IMG/VR virus record: IMGVR_UViG_3300025168_013179
Location: 1 to 64,000 of that record
Strand: one strand, 5' to 3'
From: a virus
DNA length: 64,000 bases
The position numbers and the translations under genes were made by a program. The notes beneath the pieces were generated by a model. The model was given only the letters and a program-made list of their open reading frames with translations. It did no database searches and had not been told where the DNA came from. Shown here in pieces: positions 47,446-57,057 of the stretch (position 1 is the first letter of the stretch; the number at the start of each line of letters is the position of its first letter).

Positions 47446-47796
47446 TTATTTAGATTTCTTCCATAAACCCTTTTGTACTATCTGAGATATAATACCATAG
47501 TTACTTAAGTCTTGAAAAGTATCTATTAAAGATTCGTTGTGAGCTTTTCTATTTGATAGAATCATATTCTTCCATCTATTTACTTTATCTGATATTCTAT
47601 ACCAGAGTCCAACTAAAGCGAAGTCAACTTCTTCTTGATTTACTAATTGAGTACCAGCGGCTACATTACCCATACCGTAGTCTAAATGCTTCTTAGCAAA
47701 TAGTTCAAACTGTTCGTCTGATATATCTTTATAGGCTTTGTAAATAAGTGGGTACTCTTTTTTTAGTACCGGGAGGGCTTTTATAGGTTCTTTCAT
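47446..47796 (-). CDS. Nucleotide modification associated domain 1 (DUF1599-like)
   Basis: 'KK..DYG..N', 'R.SDK..R', 'ES..DT..DL.NYGII'. Confidence 0.8.
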   Translation of the reverse strand: MKEPIKALPVLKKEYPLIYKAYKDISDEQFELFAKKHLDYGMGNVAAGTQLVNQEEVDFALVGLWYRISDKVNRWKNMILSNRKAHNESLIDTFQDLSNYGIISQIVQKGLWKKSK

Positions 47797-47801
47797 ATAA
47801 T

Positions 47802-47833
47802 TAAGATAAGAAAAATATCTATAAGAACCAACT
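47802..47833 (-). promoter_or_regulatory. Host-type promoter
   Basis: AGTTG-N17-TCTTATCTTA. Confidence 0.7.
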
Positions 47834-48989
47834 ACATATAGATAATTCTGCTGTCGTCTCCTCTATTAATTTTACCTCTTCGTCCATCAGCAAGAGTAAC
47901 AACAATGCTGTTAGGTTTAGTTTCAAATCTTGGTTTCTTATCTAAAAAAGTTCTAGTACCGTCTTTTTCTATAATCATGTACTTAGCATAATTTTTTGTA
48001 AAGTCTTTAAAATCTCCAGTAGACTCTTCTTCTATTACTTTACTATCTTTATCGTAATGATCTCCATCATTACCATTCTGACCTATAATATTCATTCTGT
48101 TTTCATCATAATCTTCAGGAAAGATTCTGCTCTCTTCTTTAGATACTTCTTTTTCACCGTATATGTTTTTTAATTTCCTAGGGTAAGCTATATCAAAAGC
48201 AAAATTAGCAGCTACAACTAATGAAATTGCTAAAGGATCGAATACAAAAATAATTACTAATAAAAGAATATTAATAATAACATCCATTGGAGTATCTGTT
48301 AAACCGGATAAATATTTTAATGGTCCTAATTCTCCAGCTATCTCTGAATTATTATTTAGGTTAAGTATTTGTAATTTAAATTTTTGTAAGCTATCAGCAG
48401 CTATCTGTCTTTTTTCTTGAACAGCTTTTCTATTCTCTTCTTCAACTTCAATACGTTTCTGCGAAAGCCTAAGTTCGGCAGTAGAGATGGTTGATCTAAC
48501 GCCCCCAGAAACCGTGGTGTCTCGTACCTGGATCGACTGAGCCTTGGCATTAGAAAGAATAGCAATATTACTGCTAATTTGTGTAAGCTCTTTTTCGTAG
48601 CGTTGTATATCGTCTTCATAAAATTGTGCTTTATTATCTAAAAATTCTATTTTATTTTCATTAATTAGTAAGTTAGCATAAGTATCTTGATATGCTGCAC
48701 TTAAAAATCCATAAATACCCATACTAGTAATAACTACTAATACTATAGCAGCCACAATAAGATACGCTCTAAGAGCTTTATTTATAGTATCCCAGTACTG
48801 GTATAAAAGCGATGCTATAACTAACTTAGCTACTTCTAAAGAACCAGCCATTATAATTACTTCAAATTGTGCTCCTGCAAATAGCTTACTTAATCCATAT
48901 ACTGAATAAAATGCTGCTGATGCAGATACTGATAGAGCAGAAAAGGCAATAATAAAAGGAAATAAACCTTTTTTCACATTTTTCCACAT
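47832..48989 (-). CDS. Multi-TM coiled-coil membrane protein
   Basis: Three N-terminal TMs, long coiled coil, fourth TM 'VFDPLAI'; TATTTAT at 49003-49009. Confidence 0.65.
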   Translation of the reverse strand: MWKNVKKGLFPFIIAFSALSVSASAAFYSVYGLSKLFAGAQFEVIIMAGSLEVAKLVIASLLYQYWDTINKALRAYLIVAAIVLVVITSMGIYGFLSAAYQDTYANLLINENKIEFLDNKAQFYEDDIQRYEKELTQISSNIAILSNAKAQSIQVRDTTVSGGVRSTISTAELRLSQKRIEVEEENRKAVQEKRQIAADSLQKFKLQILNLNNNSEIAGELGPLKYLSGLTDTPMDVIINILLLVIIFVFDPLAISLVVAANFAFDIAYPRKLKNIYGEKEVSKEESRIFPEDYDENRMNIIGQNGNDGDHYDKDSKVIEEESTGDFKDFTKNYAKYMIIEKDGTRTFLDKKPRFETKPNSIVVTLADGRRGKINRGDDSRIIYM

Positions 48990-49015
48990 AATATTGTTTA
49001 TTATAAATAGTTAAG

Positions 49016-49456
49016 TTAGTTGCCAATCACTTGAAGGAGTACGGCAGCTAATCCTATTGCAGATCCTATTTGGTAGAGTTTCTTTTGCCTATTAGCTTTT
49101 TTTAAAGCTGATTGTAGATCTTTAGATAAGTCAGCTTGAGTGTCTATTTGACTATCTTTCTGTAGTATAATGCTGTTTAAAGTAGAAGTTTGAGTCTTAA
49201 GATTATTAACTAAATCCGACTGTGTGACTAACTTTTCGTTAGTAACTGATATCAGCTTAAACATAGCATCTAATTCTTTTGAACTAGCATCTCCTTGTAT
49301 TAAATCCTTTATAACTAATTTAGCTATAGGGTTACTTAACTGTATCGTTTTCGTAGAGTCTGCCTTTATATCGTTCTGCGAAAAACTGCTCAAGCATATC
49401 ATCACCGAAATAATCGATAGCATCAAGCTTTTGTTTAGTTTCTTTTTTAATAACAT
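49016..49456 (-). CDS. Exported coiled-coil protein with C-terminal TM (spanin-like candidate)
   Basis: Signal-like segment, coiled coil, C-terminal hydrophobic helix; overlaps upstream gene. Confidence 0.5.
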   Translation of the reverse strand: MLLKKKLNKSLMLSIISVMICLSSFSQNDIKADSTKTIQLSNPIAKLVIKDLIQGDASSKELDAMFKLISVTNEKLVTQSDLVNNLKTQTSTLNSIILQKDSQIDTQADLSKDLQSALKKANRQKKLYQIGSAIGLAAVLLQVIGN

Positions 49457-49688
49457 TTATGTTTCTATTTAAATTATCTATTTTAATATCGTAAGCTGCT
49501 ACTGCTTTCTCTAGTTCTTTAGATTCTACCTGTAAGCTATCATTAACTGTTTCTAATGATAAAATTTTTTGTTGAAGAATATTAATTTGAAGTTCATACT
49601 TAGCAATATCTATAGTAGGTTTTTTATCTATTATATAGAAAATAGCTAAAGTAGTAAGACACAGTAATATAACACTTGTTCTGTTCAT
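49332..49688 (-). CDS. N-anchored coiled-coil protein (i-spanin-like candidate)
   Basis: N-terminal TM plus coiled coil, downstream of amidase. Confidence 0.5.
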   Translation of the reverse strand: MNRTSVILLCLTTLAIFYIIDKKPTIDIAKYELQINILQQKILSLETVNDSLQVESKELEKAVAAYDIKIDNLNRNINVIKKETKQKLDAIDYFGDDMLEQFFAERYKGRLYENDTVK

Positions 49689-49693
49689 TATTA

Positions 49694-49725
49694 TAATATA
49701 AGAAAACTAATTCGATTAAGCAACT
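49694..49725 (-). promoter_or_regulatory. Host-type promoter
   Basis: AGTTG-N17-TCTTATATTA. Confidence 0.7.
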
Positions 49726-50207
49726 AGTGCTGCTTGAAATCTTTCCCATTCAAAGGCTGATCCTGGATCTACCTTACCTTTTCTATCTCCTCTAACGTGA
49801 TCTCCAGAACAATCTGAATGTCTTACAATGTTAGAAGCTGGAATATTATATTGTTTCATCCACCATTTACAAGTAGATAGTGCTGATTCAAATTGAGCTT
49901 CCGAGTAAGTACCTGGTTGTTTAATTGCCTGTGTAAAAGAGTAGTACGACTGTTTGCCTGGCACTAGTAACTCAAAGCCTAAGTAATGAGAGTTTAGGTT
50001 AGATAACCCATCCCATTTTGATTTACCGGCATGAAAAGCTTTACCAGGAGAAGAGATCATTTTCTCATAAGTTCCATCAGGGTGAATAAATCCATGTACG
50101 GATAATTTTAACTCCTTTAAGAAATCGTGGGCTGTTATCCACTCGTCCTTCCATTGAAGGTATTCGCCCATACTATGTATTACTATTCCTTTTGGTATAA
50201 TTGCCAT
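49716..50207 (-). CDS. N-acetylmuramoyl-L-alanine amidase (Amidase_2), probable endolysin
   Basis: 'IVIHS', 'SVH', 'HAG.S.W....N...G.E', 'RHSD', 'K.DPG'. Confidence 0.9.
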   Translation of the reverse strand: MAIIPKGIVIHSMGEYLQWKDEWITAHDFLKELKLSVHGFIHPDGTYEKMISSPGKAFHAGKSKWDGLSNLNSHYLGFELLVPGKQSYYSFTQAIKQPGTYSEAQFESALSTCKWWMKQYNIPASNIVRHSDCSGDHVRGDRKGKVDPGSAFEWERFQAALVA

Positions 50208-50221
50208 CTTAACTACATTAT

Positions 50222-50623
50222 TTAAAATTTACTTTCGTTTAATAGTTCATCTATAACTTCTTGAATGTCTTCCCATGAATCCTTTATAGCAAAATCTAAA
50301 CCTGCTTTAAAATGTTTTTCATCGTACCCGTCAAAAAATATAATAATATGTGGAATTGTTCTAACTTTATGGTCTTTTTTAGCTTTAGGTGATTTAGAAA
50401 TATCTACTTTATAGTATTTAATACCTTTTAATTTACCCCAATCACTAAATGAATTAGAATCATTAAATGAGGCCCAAAACTCTACAACTACTATTGAAAT
50501 GTCATCATCTTGAAAAGCTGATCGACCATTTATAGCTTCTTCAAAATTATCATCAGTTAAGATTTGCTGGCTGAAATTGCTCAGTGAAAATAATAATAAT
50601 AATGCAACTATTAAATTTTTCAT
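50222..50623 (-). CDS. Exported thioredoxin-fold protein lacking CxxC
   Basis: Signal peptide; 'VVVEFWASFN', 'VRTIPHII.F'; start moved to MKNLIV. Confidence 0.7.
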   Translation of the reverse strand: MKNLIVALLLLFSLSNFSQQILTDDNFEEAINGRSAFQDDDISIVVVEFWASFNDSNSFSDWGKLKGIKYYKVDISKSPKAKKDHKVRTIPHIIIFFDGYDEKHFKAGLDFAIKDSWEDIQEVIDELLNESKF

Positions 50624-50627
50624 GTTA

Positions 50628-50909
50628 TTATCTTTTTTGAAGATCAAACAACCTCTCATCTATCTTCTTAAGTTGTTCTTTTATTTCTTCTACATCATCC
50701 TGAGTATTGATAATTGCATCTCTAATAGCTTCATCTTTCATTTGAAATTCTATTCTTTGAATCTCTGGTGCTGGAAGTTCTTTAGCTTCTTCAATGTCAG
50801 CTTGGAGTGCGAACCACATTCCTATTAAAGATGATAGCCCTACTACTATTAATCCAATTGTTTTAAGGTCTAAGGTAATCTTAGTCTCCTCTCCTATTTG
50901 TTTTGCCAT
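50628..50909 (-). CDS. Single-TM coiled-coil protein
   Basis: TM then coiled coil. Confidence 0.6.
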   Translation of the reverse strand: MAKQIGEETKITLDLKTIGLIVVGLSSLIGMWFALQADIEEAKELPAPEIQRIEFQMKDEAIRDAIINTQDDVEEIKEQLKKIDERLFDLQKR

Positions 50910-50912
50910 TTC

Positions 50913-51488
50913 TTAGTCTAATAAAAACCCATATGGAGTAGATGTTATATCTTGTCCTATTGGAAAGTTTTCTAATCTCATTGATACTGTCATTGTTCTC
51001 TGAATATATGGATTGTAGAACTCTCCTTCAACAGTTAAACAAATTAATGAAGGGTCATAAAAATTATCTTCATCTGGTTTAACAATTTCTCCTACTATTA
51101 CTTCGTTCCAAACTATATACTCATCGTTACCAGGTATTTCTACACCAGCATATTTGTTATCTGGGCTTTCCCAAGTGTAAGTACCTACATCCAATAATGA
51201 ACCATCATCTACTGCATCTGAATCTAATAAGTACATTGCAAAGTGTTGTCTATCTAACCTTGCTTCACCATCATCTATTTGAAGATATAGAATAAATATT
51301 TTTCTTAGTTTACCATTAGCTCCTAATTGTTCTCCTCCAAAAGAAGTTACTATAGAGTATCTTTCATAGGGGTCAAATGAATCTCCATCTAAACTTATTT
51401 CAAATAATAGTTCTCTTTCTTCTGCTACATCATCTTTGGAACATCCAAGGAAAAGTATAAGCGTTAAAAATAGTATTAATTTTTTCAT
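50913..51488 (-). CDS. Lipoprotein
   Basis: 'LILFLGCSKDD' Bacteroidota-type lipoprotein N-terminus. Confidence 0.75.
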   Translation of the reverse strand: MKKLILFLTLILFLGCSKDDVAEERELLFEISLDGDSFDPYERYSIVTSFGGEQLGANGKLRKIFILYLQIDDGEARLDRQHFAMYLLDSDAVDDGSLLDVGTYTWESPDNKYAGVEIPGNDEYIVWNEVIVGEIVKPDEDNFYDPSLICLTVEGEFYNPYIQRTMTVSMRLENFPIGQDITSTPYGFLLD

Positions 51489-51496
51489 TATCTTTC

Positions 51497-52714
51497 TTAT
51501 TTAAAGGTATAATTTAAACCGAATGTAGATTGATATAATTCACTATCCCACATCTTTGTATATTCACCTTCAACAAATATACCTATATTTTTTCCTACTT
51601 TCCAACCAAATGCTATTCCAGCTGAATAATCATCCCATTGTTCTTGATCGTTATCTAGTACTAATCCACCCTTTCCCCAGTTATTTCTATTTAGGTAAGA
51701 AAACTCTTCTTCTCCTTTAAAGTACTTATGGTAAGGAAGTATGTAGTTTGCATAACCATGTAACCAGAAGTCTCTTTTATAATGATAAAAATCAAATCCA
51801 ACGATAGGAGCTACTTCAACCCATGAGTCTAATTCCTCCCAAGCTTCGTTATTATACCTATTCATCAAATCTCCGAATACATTTTCTCTAAAATCAATGT
51901 CAGAATATGCTACTATTTCTCCGTTTTCATTTTTCCAAATCCAATCTTGAGTTGTAGCTCCAGTATTAACATCTGTATAAGTTGTAAAATGGTCTGAATA
52001 ACCATATTCAAATCCTAAAGTGTACCAAGGATTTGCTGGGTATTCAAATTCTTCATCAGTGTTAGGATCTGTGTACATTTTAGTTTCATTTAACCATATT
52101 TCAATTGGATTGTATCCATATGCTCTTTCATGTCCTCTTGCTATTGCTCCAGCTGATATAGAAAACTTCTTACCTATTGGTAGTCTAGCTCTTACTTCTG
52201 CTGAGAAGTACTCTAGGTTTATCTTATCTTCTTCTCTGCTTTCAAGTTTAACAATATGATACTTACCTGTATGTTTTAAAAACAAGTGATGGTTCTGAAA
52301 TTCTTCACCTCTCCATCTTTCTTTTTCAAAATGAATCTGATACTCTAACCCTTTAACTGCTGATGTTGGAGCTGCAAATGTTAGTTGGTTCTCTGTTCCG
52401 TCGTAAAAGTTTTTAGGTTTTCTTTCGTAATCATATCTTGCTAGTTTTCTAATACCAAATCCAAGTCTATAATCGAATGGATATACTGGTGTAACATCTA
52501 TTACATCTGGTATAGAATATAAACTACCATCTTGGTTAGTTCTTACAAAGTAAGATGGTGCTGCTGCTTCAATAGAGTTAGATATATCTCCAGCAACATA
52601 AACTGTACCGTATTTTAAGAAATCGTCGTATATGGATTTAAAAAGGTTAGGTTTATCCTGAGCGTTAGCTGCGGTGCTAAGGCATAACAGGGTGATTAGT
52701 ATTAATTTTTTCAT
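51497..52714 (-). CDS. Outer-membrane beta-barrel-like protein
   Basis: Signal peptide; aromatic alternating strands; C-terminal 'FGLNYTFK' BAM-type signal. Confidence 0.65.
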   Translation of the reverse strand: MKKLILITLLCLSTAANAQDKPNLFKSIYDDFLKYGTVYVAGDISNSIEAAAPSYFVRTNQDGSLYSIPDVIDVTPVYPFDYRLGFGIRKLARYDYERKPKNFYDGTENQLTFAAPTSAVKGLEYQIHFEKERWRGEEFQNHHLFLKHTGKYHIVKLESREEDKINLEYFSAEVRARLPIGKKFSISAGAIARGHERAYGYNPIEIWLNETKMYTDPNTDEEFEYPANPWYTLGFEYGYSDHFTTYTDVNTGATTQDWIWKNENGEIVAYSDIDFRENVFGDLMNRYNNEAWEELDSWVEVAPIVGFDFYHYKRDFWLHGYANYILPYHKYFKGEEEFSYLNRNNWGKGGLVLDNDQEQWDDYSAGIAFGWKVGKNIGIFVEGEYTKMWDSELYQSTFGLNYTFK

Positions 52715-52725
52715 AATAAATATTT

Positions 52726-52980
52726 TTATTTTTTACTGCCAAATATTTTTCCTGCTTCTGCTATACCGAATGAACCAAGAACAATATATACAAAAGAATC
52801 GTATATAAATTCATTGATTACTAAATCTTCACCTACATAACCTGTAACCAGGTCTGCAACTGCAAAAAGTACCATAATAGCGAATGCCATGAAACCAACT
52901 ACTGATTTTTCGTTGATATCATTTTTTTCTTTGAATATGTCTGTAAAAGCCATCCATTTAAGTTTTAAGTTATTAAACAT
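52726..52980 (-). CDS. Two-TM membrane protein (holin-like candidate)
   Basis: Two TMs, basic C-terminus; TATTTAT at 53013-53019. Confidence 0.5.
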   Translation of the reverse strand: MFNNLKLKWMAFTDIFKEKNDINEKSVVGFMAFAIMVLFAVADLVTGYVGEDLVINEFIYDSFVYIVLGSFGIAEAGKIFGSKK

Positions 52981-53034
52981 ACGAAAACAAGTTTAGGTGT
53001 AACGGTTTAATAATAAATAGCTAATATGACTAAT

Positions 53035-53055
53035 AAAAAAGAGGCCGAAGCCTCT
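53035..53055 (-). terminator. Intrinsic terminator
   Basis: Minus strand AGAGGC-TTCG-GCCTCT followed by a T run. Confidence 0.9.
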
Positions 53056-53100
53056 AATTATTTATCTGAATAAATTTCATCTTGTAATCCGGAGAATAAT

Positions 53101-53325
53101 CTACGAACTGAGATCCTTGATCTCTTTGGGTCTGAACTCTTCATTGACGTGTCCACAGTCTCGGCAGTTAAAGACCGGGATGGGGATGTAGGATGTTTTG
53201 CCTGTTCCTGTAAGGATTCCTGAGGCTTTTCTGAGAATGAGTCCTTGTTCAAAGTAGACTCCTCCGCATTTTTCGCAGGTGACTGATTGGGTTTGGGTGA
53301 TATCGACATTTAACTGGTTGTGCAT
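53101..53325 (-). CDS. Zinc-ribbon protein
   Basis: 'CEKCG...CRDCGH'. Confidence 0.75.
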   Translation of the reverse strand: MHNQLNVDITQTQSVTCEKCGGVYFEQGLILRKASGILTGTGKTSYIPIPVFNCRDCGHVNEEFRPKEIKDLSS

Positions 53326-53347
53326 AACTTGTTTTTTTATACTAAGA

Positions 53348-53605
53348 TTATTTCTTAGCTTTAGGCTTGCGACCTCTTCTTTTTCTGCCTTTTACAGCTT
53401 TTACTACGTCTTTAACTTCCGCTTTTACAACCTTTGCTCTAGCTTTAACTTCAGCAACTGTTTCTTTGACGTCTTCTACAGCATCTTCTACTGCATCAGG
53501 GATTAGATCTCCATCGGAGTCTTTAATTTTTCCGGCTTTAACGAAATAGATAGTCACTCCTCCTGAAACGAGCAATATACCTAGAATAATAAAAATAGTG
53601 TTCAT
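53348..53605 (-). CDS. Small N-anchored membrane protein with basic tail
   Basis: TM, 'DSDGDLIPD', 'KRRGRKPK'; TATTTAT at 53620-53626. Confidence 0.65.
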   Translation of the reverse strand: MNTIFIILGILLVSGGVTIYFVKAGKIKDSDGDLIPDAVEDAVEDVKETVAEVKARAKVVKAEVKDVVKAVKGRKRRGRKPKAKK

Positions 53606-53616
53606 AGTAATTGTTT

Positions 53617-54150
53617 TTAATAAATAGATTGTTTAGACATTTTAGTCGGCTGCCAGTAAGTTCCGTATTTTTTTTCCATTCTAAAATAGAAATCAGCTAA
53701 ATCTTTAGCACTAGTATTAAGTACTTCTTTATCGTATTGCTCGCTAGTAATTTTAAACTTAACTAAAAACAGACGTTTAATATCATCTAGTTTTCTATCT
53801 TCTTCTTTTTCGTGATCTTCTAATAGTCTTTTCATTCTAGCTCTATCTATGGAAGTCTCTTGATGATACTTACTATGATCTACTTCCCCTCCTGTAGTAA
53901 TAGCAGATAAGTATTTATCATTCATATTATGCTGTACTAACTCCATCTCCATTAGATAGGGACCTACTTCGAAGTCACCATTGAGAATTCTATCTATAAG
54001 AGGTTTACGTTTATCGAGAGGTTTATTCTTAGGGGTATAGCTTCTCCACCACATAAATCTATCGTAAGGCTTTTTAAAGTAACGTTTAGATAAAGTACGT
54101 TCTATAAAAGACCTAGTAAATTTAGGCTTCATTGGTAAGATATGTTCCAT
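53617..54150 (-). CDS. Hypothetical protein
   Basis: Promoter at 54155-54186. Confidence 0.6.
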   Translation of the reverse strand: MEHILPMKPKFTRSFIERTLSKRYFKKPYDRFMWWRSYTPKNKPLDKRKPLIDRILNGDFEVGPYLMEMELVQHNMNDKYLSAITTGGEVDHSKYHQETSIDRARMKRLLEDHEKEEDRKLDDIKRLFLVKFKITSEQYDKEVLNTSAKDLADFYFRMEKKYGTYWQPTKMSKQSIY

Positions 54151-54184
54151 AAGTAAATATAAGAAAATTTACTCAAATAAACAA

Positions 54185-54694
54185 CTATAAAAATTTATAT
54201 TCAGTAAAGCCGCATTGTCTACTTAATATAGAAGAAGCTCGATTCCAATCATCGTTATATAGGTACTGAATATCTTTATTATAATAGTCAAAATTATATC
54301 TAATTCCTTGACGATAAAATTTAATAGCTGAAGAAGCTTCAGGTTTTTCTTTCGATAAAAATGCTCCACCTGCGTAAATCGTATTATCTTCTAAAATACA
54401 ATTAGAGGATTTCCAGTCTGTAGTTATATGTTTATCGTTAGTCCAGTGCCACCCTAAAGGTTTTTCTTCAAACATCCATAAATGACATACAGAGCCGAAT
54501 TCAAGTCTTTTTTTAAATTCATCTATATCAGGACAGTCTTTCCATTCCAATTCGTTATTAATTTTCTTTATAACATCAGTAGCATTAAAATACCATTCTC
54601 TATAATGATTTTTAGAAAGAGGTTGAAACCAGTACCTATCGTCGTATTCATAACCACGTTGATCAGATTTATGTAACCTTAATTGTGTTTTCAT
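54185..54694 (-). CDS. GNAT-fold acetyltransferase-like protein
   Basis: C-terminal 'DDWNRAS....QCGF' GNAT motif B. Confidence 0.6.
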   Translation of the reverse strand: MKTQLRLHKSDQRGYEYDDRYWFQPLSKNHYREWYFNATDVIKKINNELEWKDCPDIDEFKKRLEFGSVCHLWMFEEKPLGWHWTNDKHITTDWKSSNCILEDNTIYAGGAFLSKEKPEASSAIKFYRQGIRYNFDYYNKDIQYLYNDDWNRASSILSRQCGFTEYKFL

Positions 54695-55209
54695 TAGTAA
54701 AGTGTTTTTCGTTCTTTAAATTTTTTAGTATAGAAAACTATAAGTGATTTACGTCTGCCTTTAGTGACTTTACTAACTGAATGTATAGTTTTAGCACCAT
54801 CATAAATAATATAATCACCAGGTTTGTTTAAATCAGCATTCTTATCTCCTATAATAAGGTCTCCTCCTATACTATTTTTTTCTAGGACCAATGATAATGT
54901 AGTTCTAGAATTAGTATCAAGATGAGGTTCACCAAAGTCTCCTTTTGAAAATTCAACTGTGTAGATAGATTGTATATCTCTTGTGTTACCCTTAGTGATA
55001 TCATGTAATAAACTATTTAAGTTTTTATTCTCTATACTGAAGTGAATTAAGTTAACATTTTGAAATCTAAATCCTTTTTCCTCTGTTCTTTTTTTATGAA
55101 ATGGATTAAGAGCATTTCTTCTTTCCATTTCTTCTACACTAGCTAGAGGGGTAATTGATAGTTGATATAAAATACTATCTAATTTTTCTTTAGATAATTC
55201 CTTCTTCAT
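54694..55209 (-). CDS. 2OG-Fe(II) oxygenase
   Basis: 'HLD', 'GGDL', 'HSV.KV.KG.RKSL'; start moved to MKKELS. Confidence 0.85.
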   Translation of the reverse strand: MKKELSKEKLDSILYQLSITPLASVEEMERRNALNPFHKKRTEEKGFRFQNVNLIHFSIENKNLNSLLHDITKGNTRDIQSIYTVEFSKGDFGEPHLDTNSRTTLSLVLEKNSIGGDLIIGDKNADLNKPGDYIIYDGAKTIHSVSKVTKGRRKSLIVFYTKKFKERKTLY

Positions 55210-55411
55210 CGCATGCAATTTGAAGTCCAACTAAAAGAGAAGCTCCATTATACTCTTTTTGAACTTCTGCTGCTCTTTCAGTTACTGTAGCTATCTTTCC
55301 GGCACCAACTGCTGATGCTATCAATTCTAATATTTCTTTTTCTCTTTTCTCTTCAGGACATAGTAAATTTGATGTAGGATTTTCTAAGTACTTTTTTACT
55401 GAATCACTCAT
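55190..55411 (-). CDS. Hypothetical protein
   Basis: 'MSDSVKKY' ORF, coupled. Confidence 0.55.
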   Translation of the reverse strand: MSDSVKKYLENPTSNLLCPEEKREKEILELIASAVGAGKIATVTERAAEVQKEYNGASLLVGLQIACDEEGII

Positions 55412-56028
55412 TATATAATTGTTTTAGGTTTAATTGGTTTTCTATATTTCTTACTAGGGTGAAGCATATCTCTTAATTTTACTTTATCTAAATCTAAATC
55501 AATTTGATCTACAATGCTATTAAAAACAGTTATATCTTCTGAGTATAAGTCTTCATATAGAATATACGATTTTTTATTCAAATAAGCAACTGCCTTAACT
55601 TCTTCTACACATTTAGTCATATGTTCAACAACCCATTTATCCATAGTGATATTTAATGGATTAAAAGTATAGCTCATATGCCATTTAGACACTGTAGGGT
55701 ATTTCGCATTTTTGAGTTCTTTGTTATTTATAGCCCATTGAAAACTTTCTATAGCAAGCTTAGCATTTTTTCTAGTTAAGTAAATTACTTTATCAAATTT
55801 ACTTATATAGTTCAAATACCATTTACGAGGTCTATGAACACTTAAAACCTTAACAATTTTATTATTCGAAATATTGTTGCCTTTATTATTTATCTGGTCT
55901 TCGGTTAAGCCTTTTATATTTAACGGATTGAAAGGTTCTAAAGAGAATTTAAATTTAAGTAACTTAGCTAAAGCATAAGTAAGTTCGGTAGAACCTGATC
56001 TAGGCGATGCAAAAATTAAGATTTTCAT
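55411..56028 (-). CDS. Sulfotransferase-like P-loop protein
   Basis: 'SPRSGST' 5'-PSB motif, 'EPFN', 'LTRKN...S', 'YEDL'. Confidence 0.7.
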   Translation of the reverse strand: MKILIFASPRSGSTELTYALAKLLKFKFSLEPFNPLNIKGLTEDQINNKGNNISNNKIVKVLSVHRPRKWYLNYISKFDKVIYLTRKNAKLAIESFQWAINNKELKNAKYPTVSKWHMSYTFNPLNITMDKWVVEHMTKCVEEVKAVAYLNKKSYILYEDLYSEDITVFNSIVDQIDLDLDKVKLRDMLHPSKKYRKPIKPKTII

Positions 56029-56561
56029 AAAAAAGTATCTTTAAATATGCTCTTAAATTCTTCGTAACCATTAGCAGCATTTTCTTTCCATTTATCAATG
56101 TCACCATCATCACTAACCCATTTGTAACTGTGACAAAAAACTCTAGCTGTTTGACATGCTTTAGCAATACCGTACAACTCCATATCAACAATATCTATAT
56201 CGTCTCTATAATGAAAAGTATTAGATTGTGCTTTTTTACTTTTATCATAGAAATGATCAGTAGTACAGCAAATTATATCTCCTTTGCCTTGTAAAGTTAT
56301 ATCTACATCGTTAGTTAAATTCATTACGTCTAAATCATTAATGACTTTACCTATCTTAAACACCTCTCCTATAGGAATATCTTTAACAGCCCCGCAAGAG
56401 CCAAAGTTTACTACTAATTCTGGTTTATGAATATTAATTAGTCTTGCTGTTTCTACAGCTGCATTGACTTTACCGATACCGGTAATATGTATTTCGTTAT
56501 CAAACAAATAAGAATCGCCATGTTCTAGATCTGTAGCTGATAGTAGTAAAATTCTACTCAT
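56025..56561 (-). CDS. Nucleoside phosphorylase/MTA-SAH nucleosidase family
   Basis: 'GIGKVNAA', 'NFGSCG', 'VDME', 'K.VSD'. Confidence 0.88.
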   Translation of the reverse strand: MSRILLLSATDLEHGDSYLFDNEIHITGIGKVNAAVETARLINIHKPELVVNFGSCGAVKDIPIGEVFKIGKVINDLDVMNLTNDVDITLQGKGDIICCTTDHFYDKSKKAQSNTFHYRDDIDIVDMELYGIAKACQTARVFCHSYKWVSDDGDIDKWKENAANGYEEFKSIFKDTFL

Positions 56562-57033
56562 ACTTAATTAAAGACTTTACGTTAGAATCTGCTATTCCTA
56601 TATCAATTAAACAGACCTTGCCGATCACATCATAGCCACACGTATACGCAAGCTCTTCCGCTGCCTCCATTGTACCTCCAGTAGCAAATACATCATCGAC
56701 TAGCACTATAGAACCAGAACCAGGGGCCATCTCTAATGAACCAGAAGCATATTCATATTGATAGTCTAAAGTAAATAGATTTTTATCTGGCAGTTTACCA
56801 GGTTTTCTTATTAACTTAACTCCTCCTTGTCTCATAGCAGCTATACCGGCTGCAAATAAAAATCCTCTTGATTCGATTCCTACCCAGTAATCAGGGGATT
56901 CATCCATCGAGCTCATTTGCATGCAAGCATGTGTAAAAGCATCTGAGTTAGCTAATAAAGGTTGAATGTCTCTATATACTATTCCGTCTACAGGATAGTC
57001 GTATATTTTTTTAATGTATTTTTTTAGGTCCAT
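56554..57033 (-). CDS. apt: Adenine phosphoribosyltransferase
   Basis: 'DYP..GI.YRDI.PLL', 'ESRGF', 'RKPGKLP', 'VDDVFATGGT'. Confidence 0.93.
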   Translation of the reverse strand: MDLKKYIKKIYDYPVDGIVYRDIQPLLANSDAFTHACMQMSSMDESPDYWVGIESRGFLFAAGIAAMRQGGVKLIRKPGKLPDKNLFTLDYQYEYASGSLEMAPGSGSIVLVDDVFATGGTMEAAEELAYTCGYDVIGKVCLIDIGIADSNVKSLIKYE

Positions 57034-57057
57034 ACTATAATATATGAAAATATTAAG

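Noticed and set aside
48401-48619. Out-of-frame ORF nested in the membrane protein (possible embedded o-spanin)
   Set aside because: No lipobox Cys; likely chance
53058-53309. 83-aa alternative-frame ORF over the zinc-ribbon gene
   Set aside because: The 53101-53325 frame has clear CxxC pairs; the alternative frame has no features
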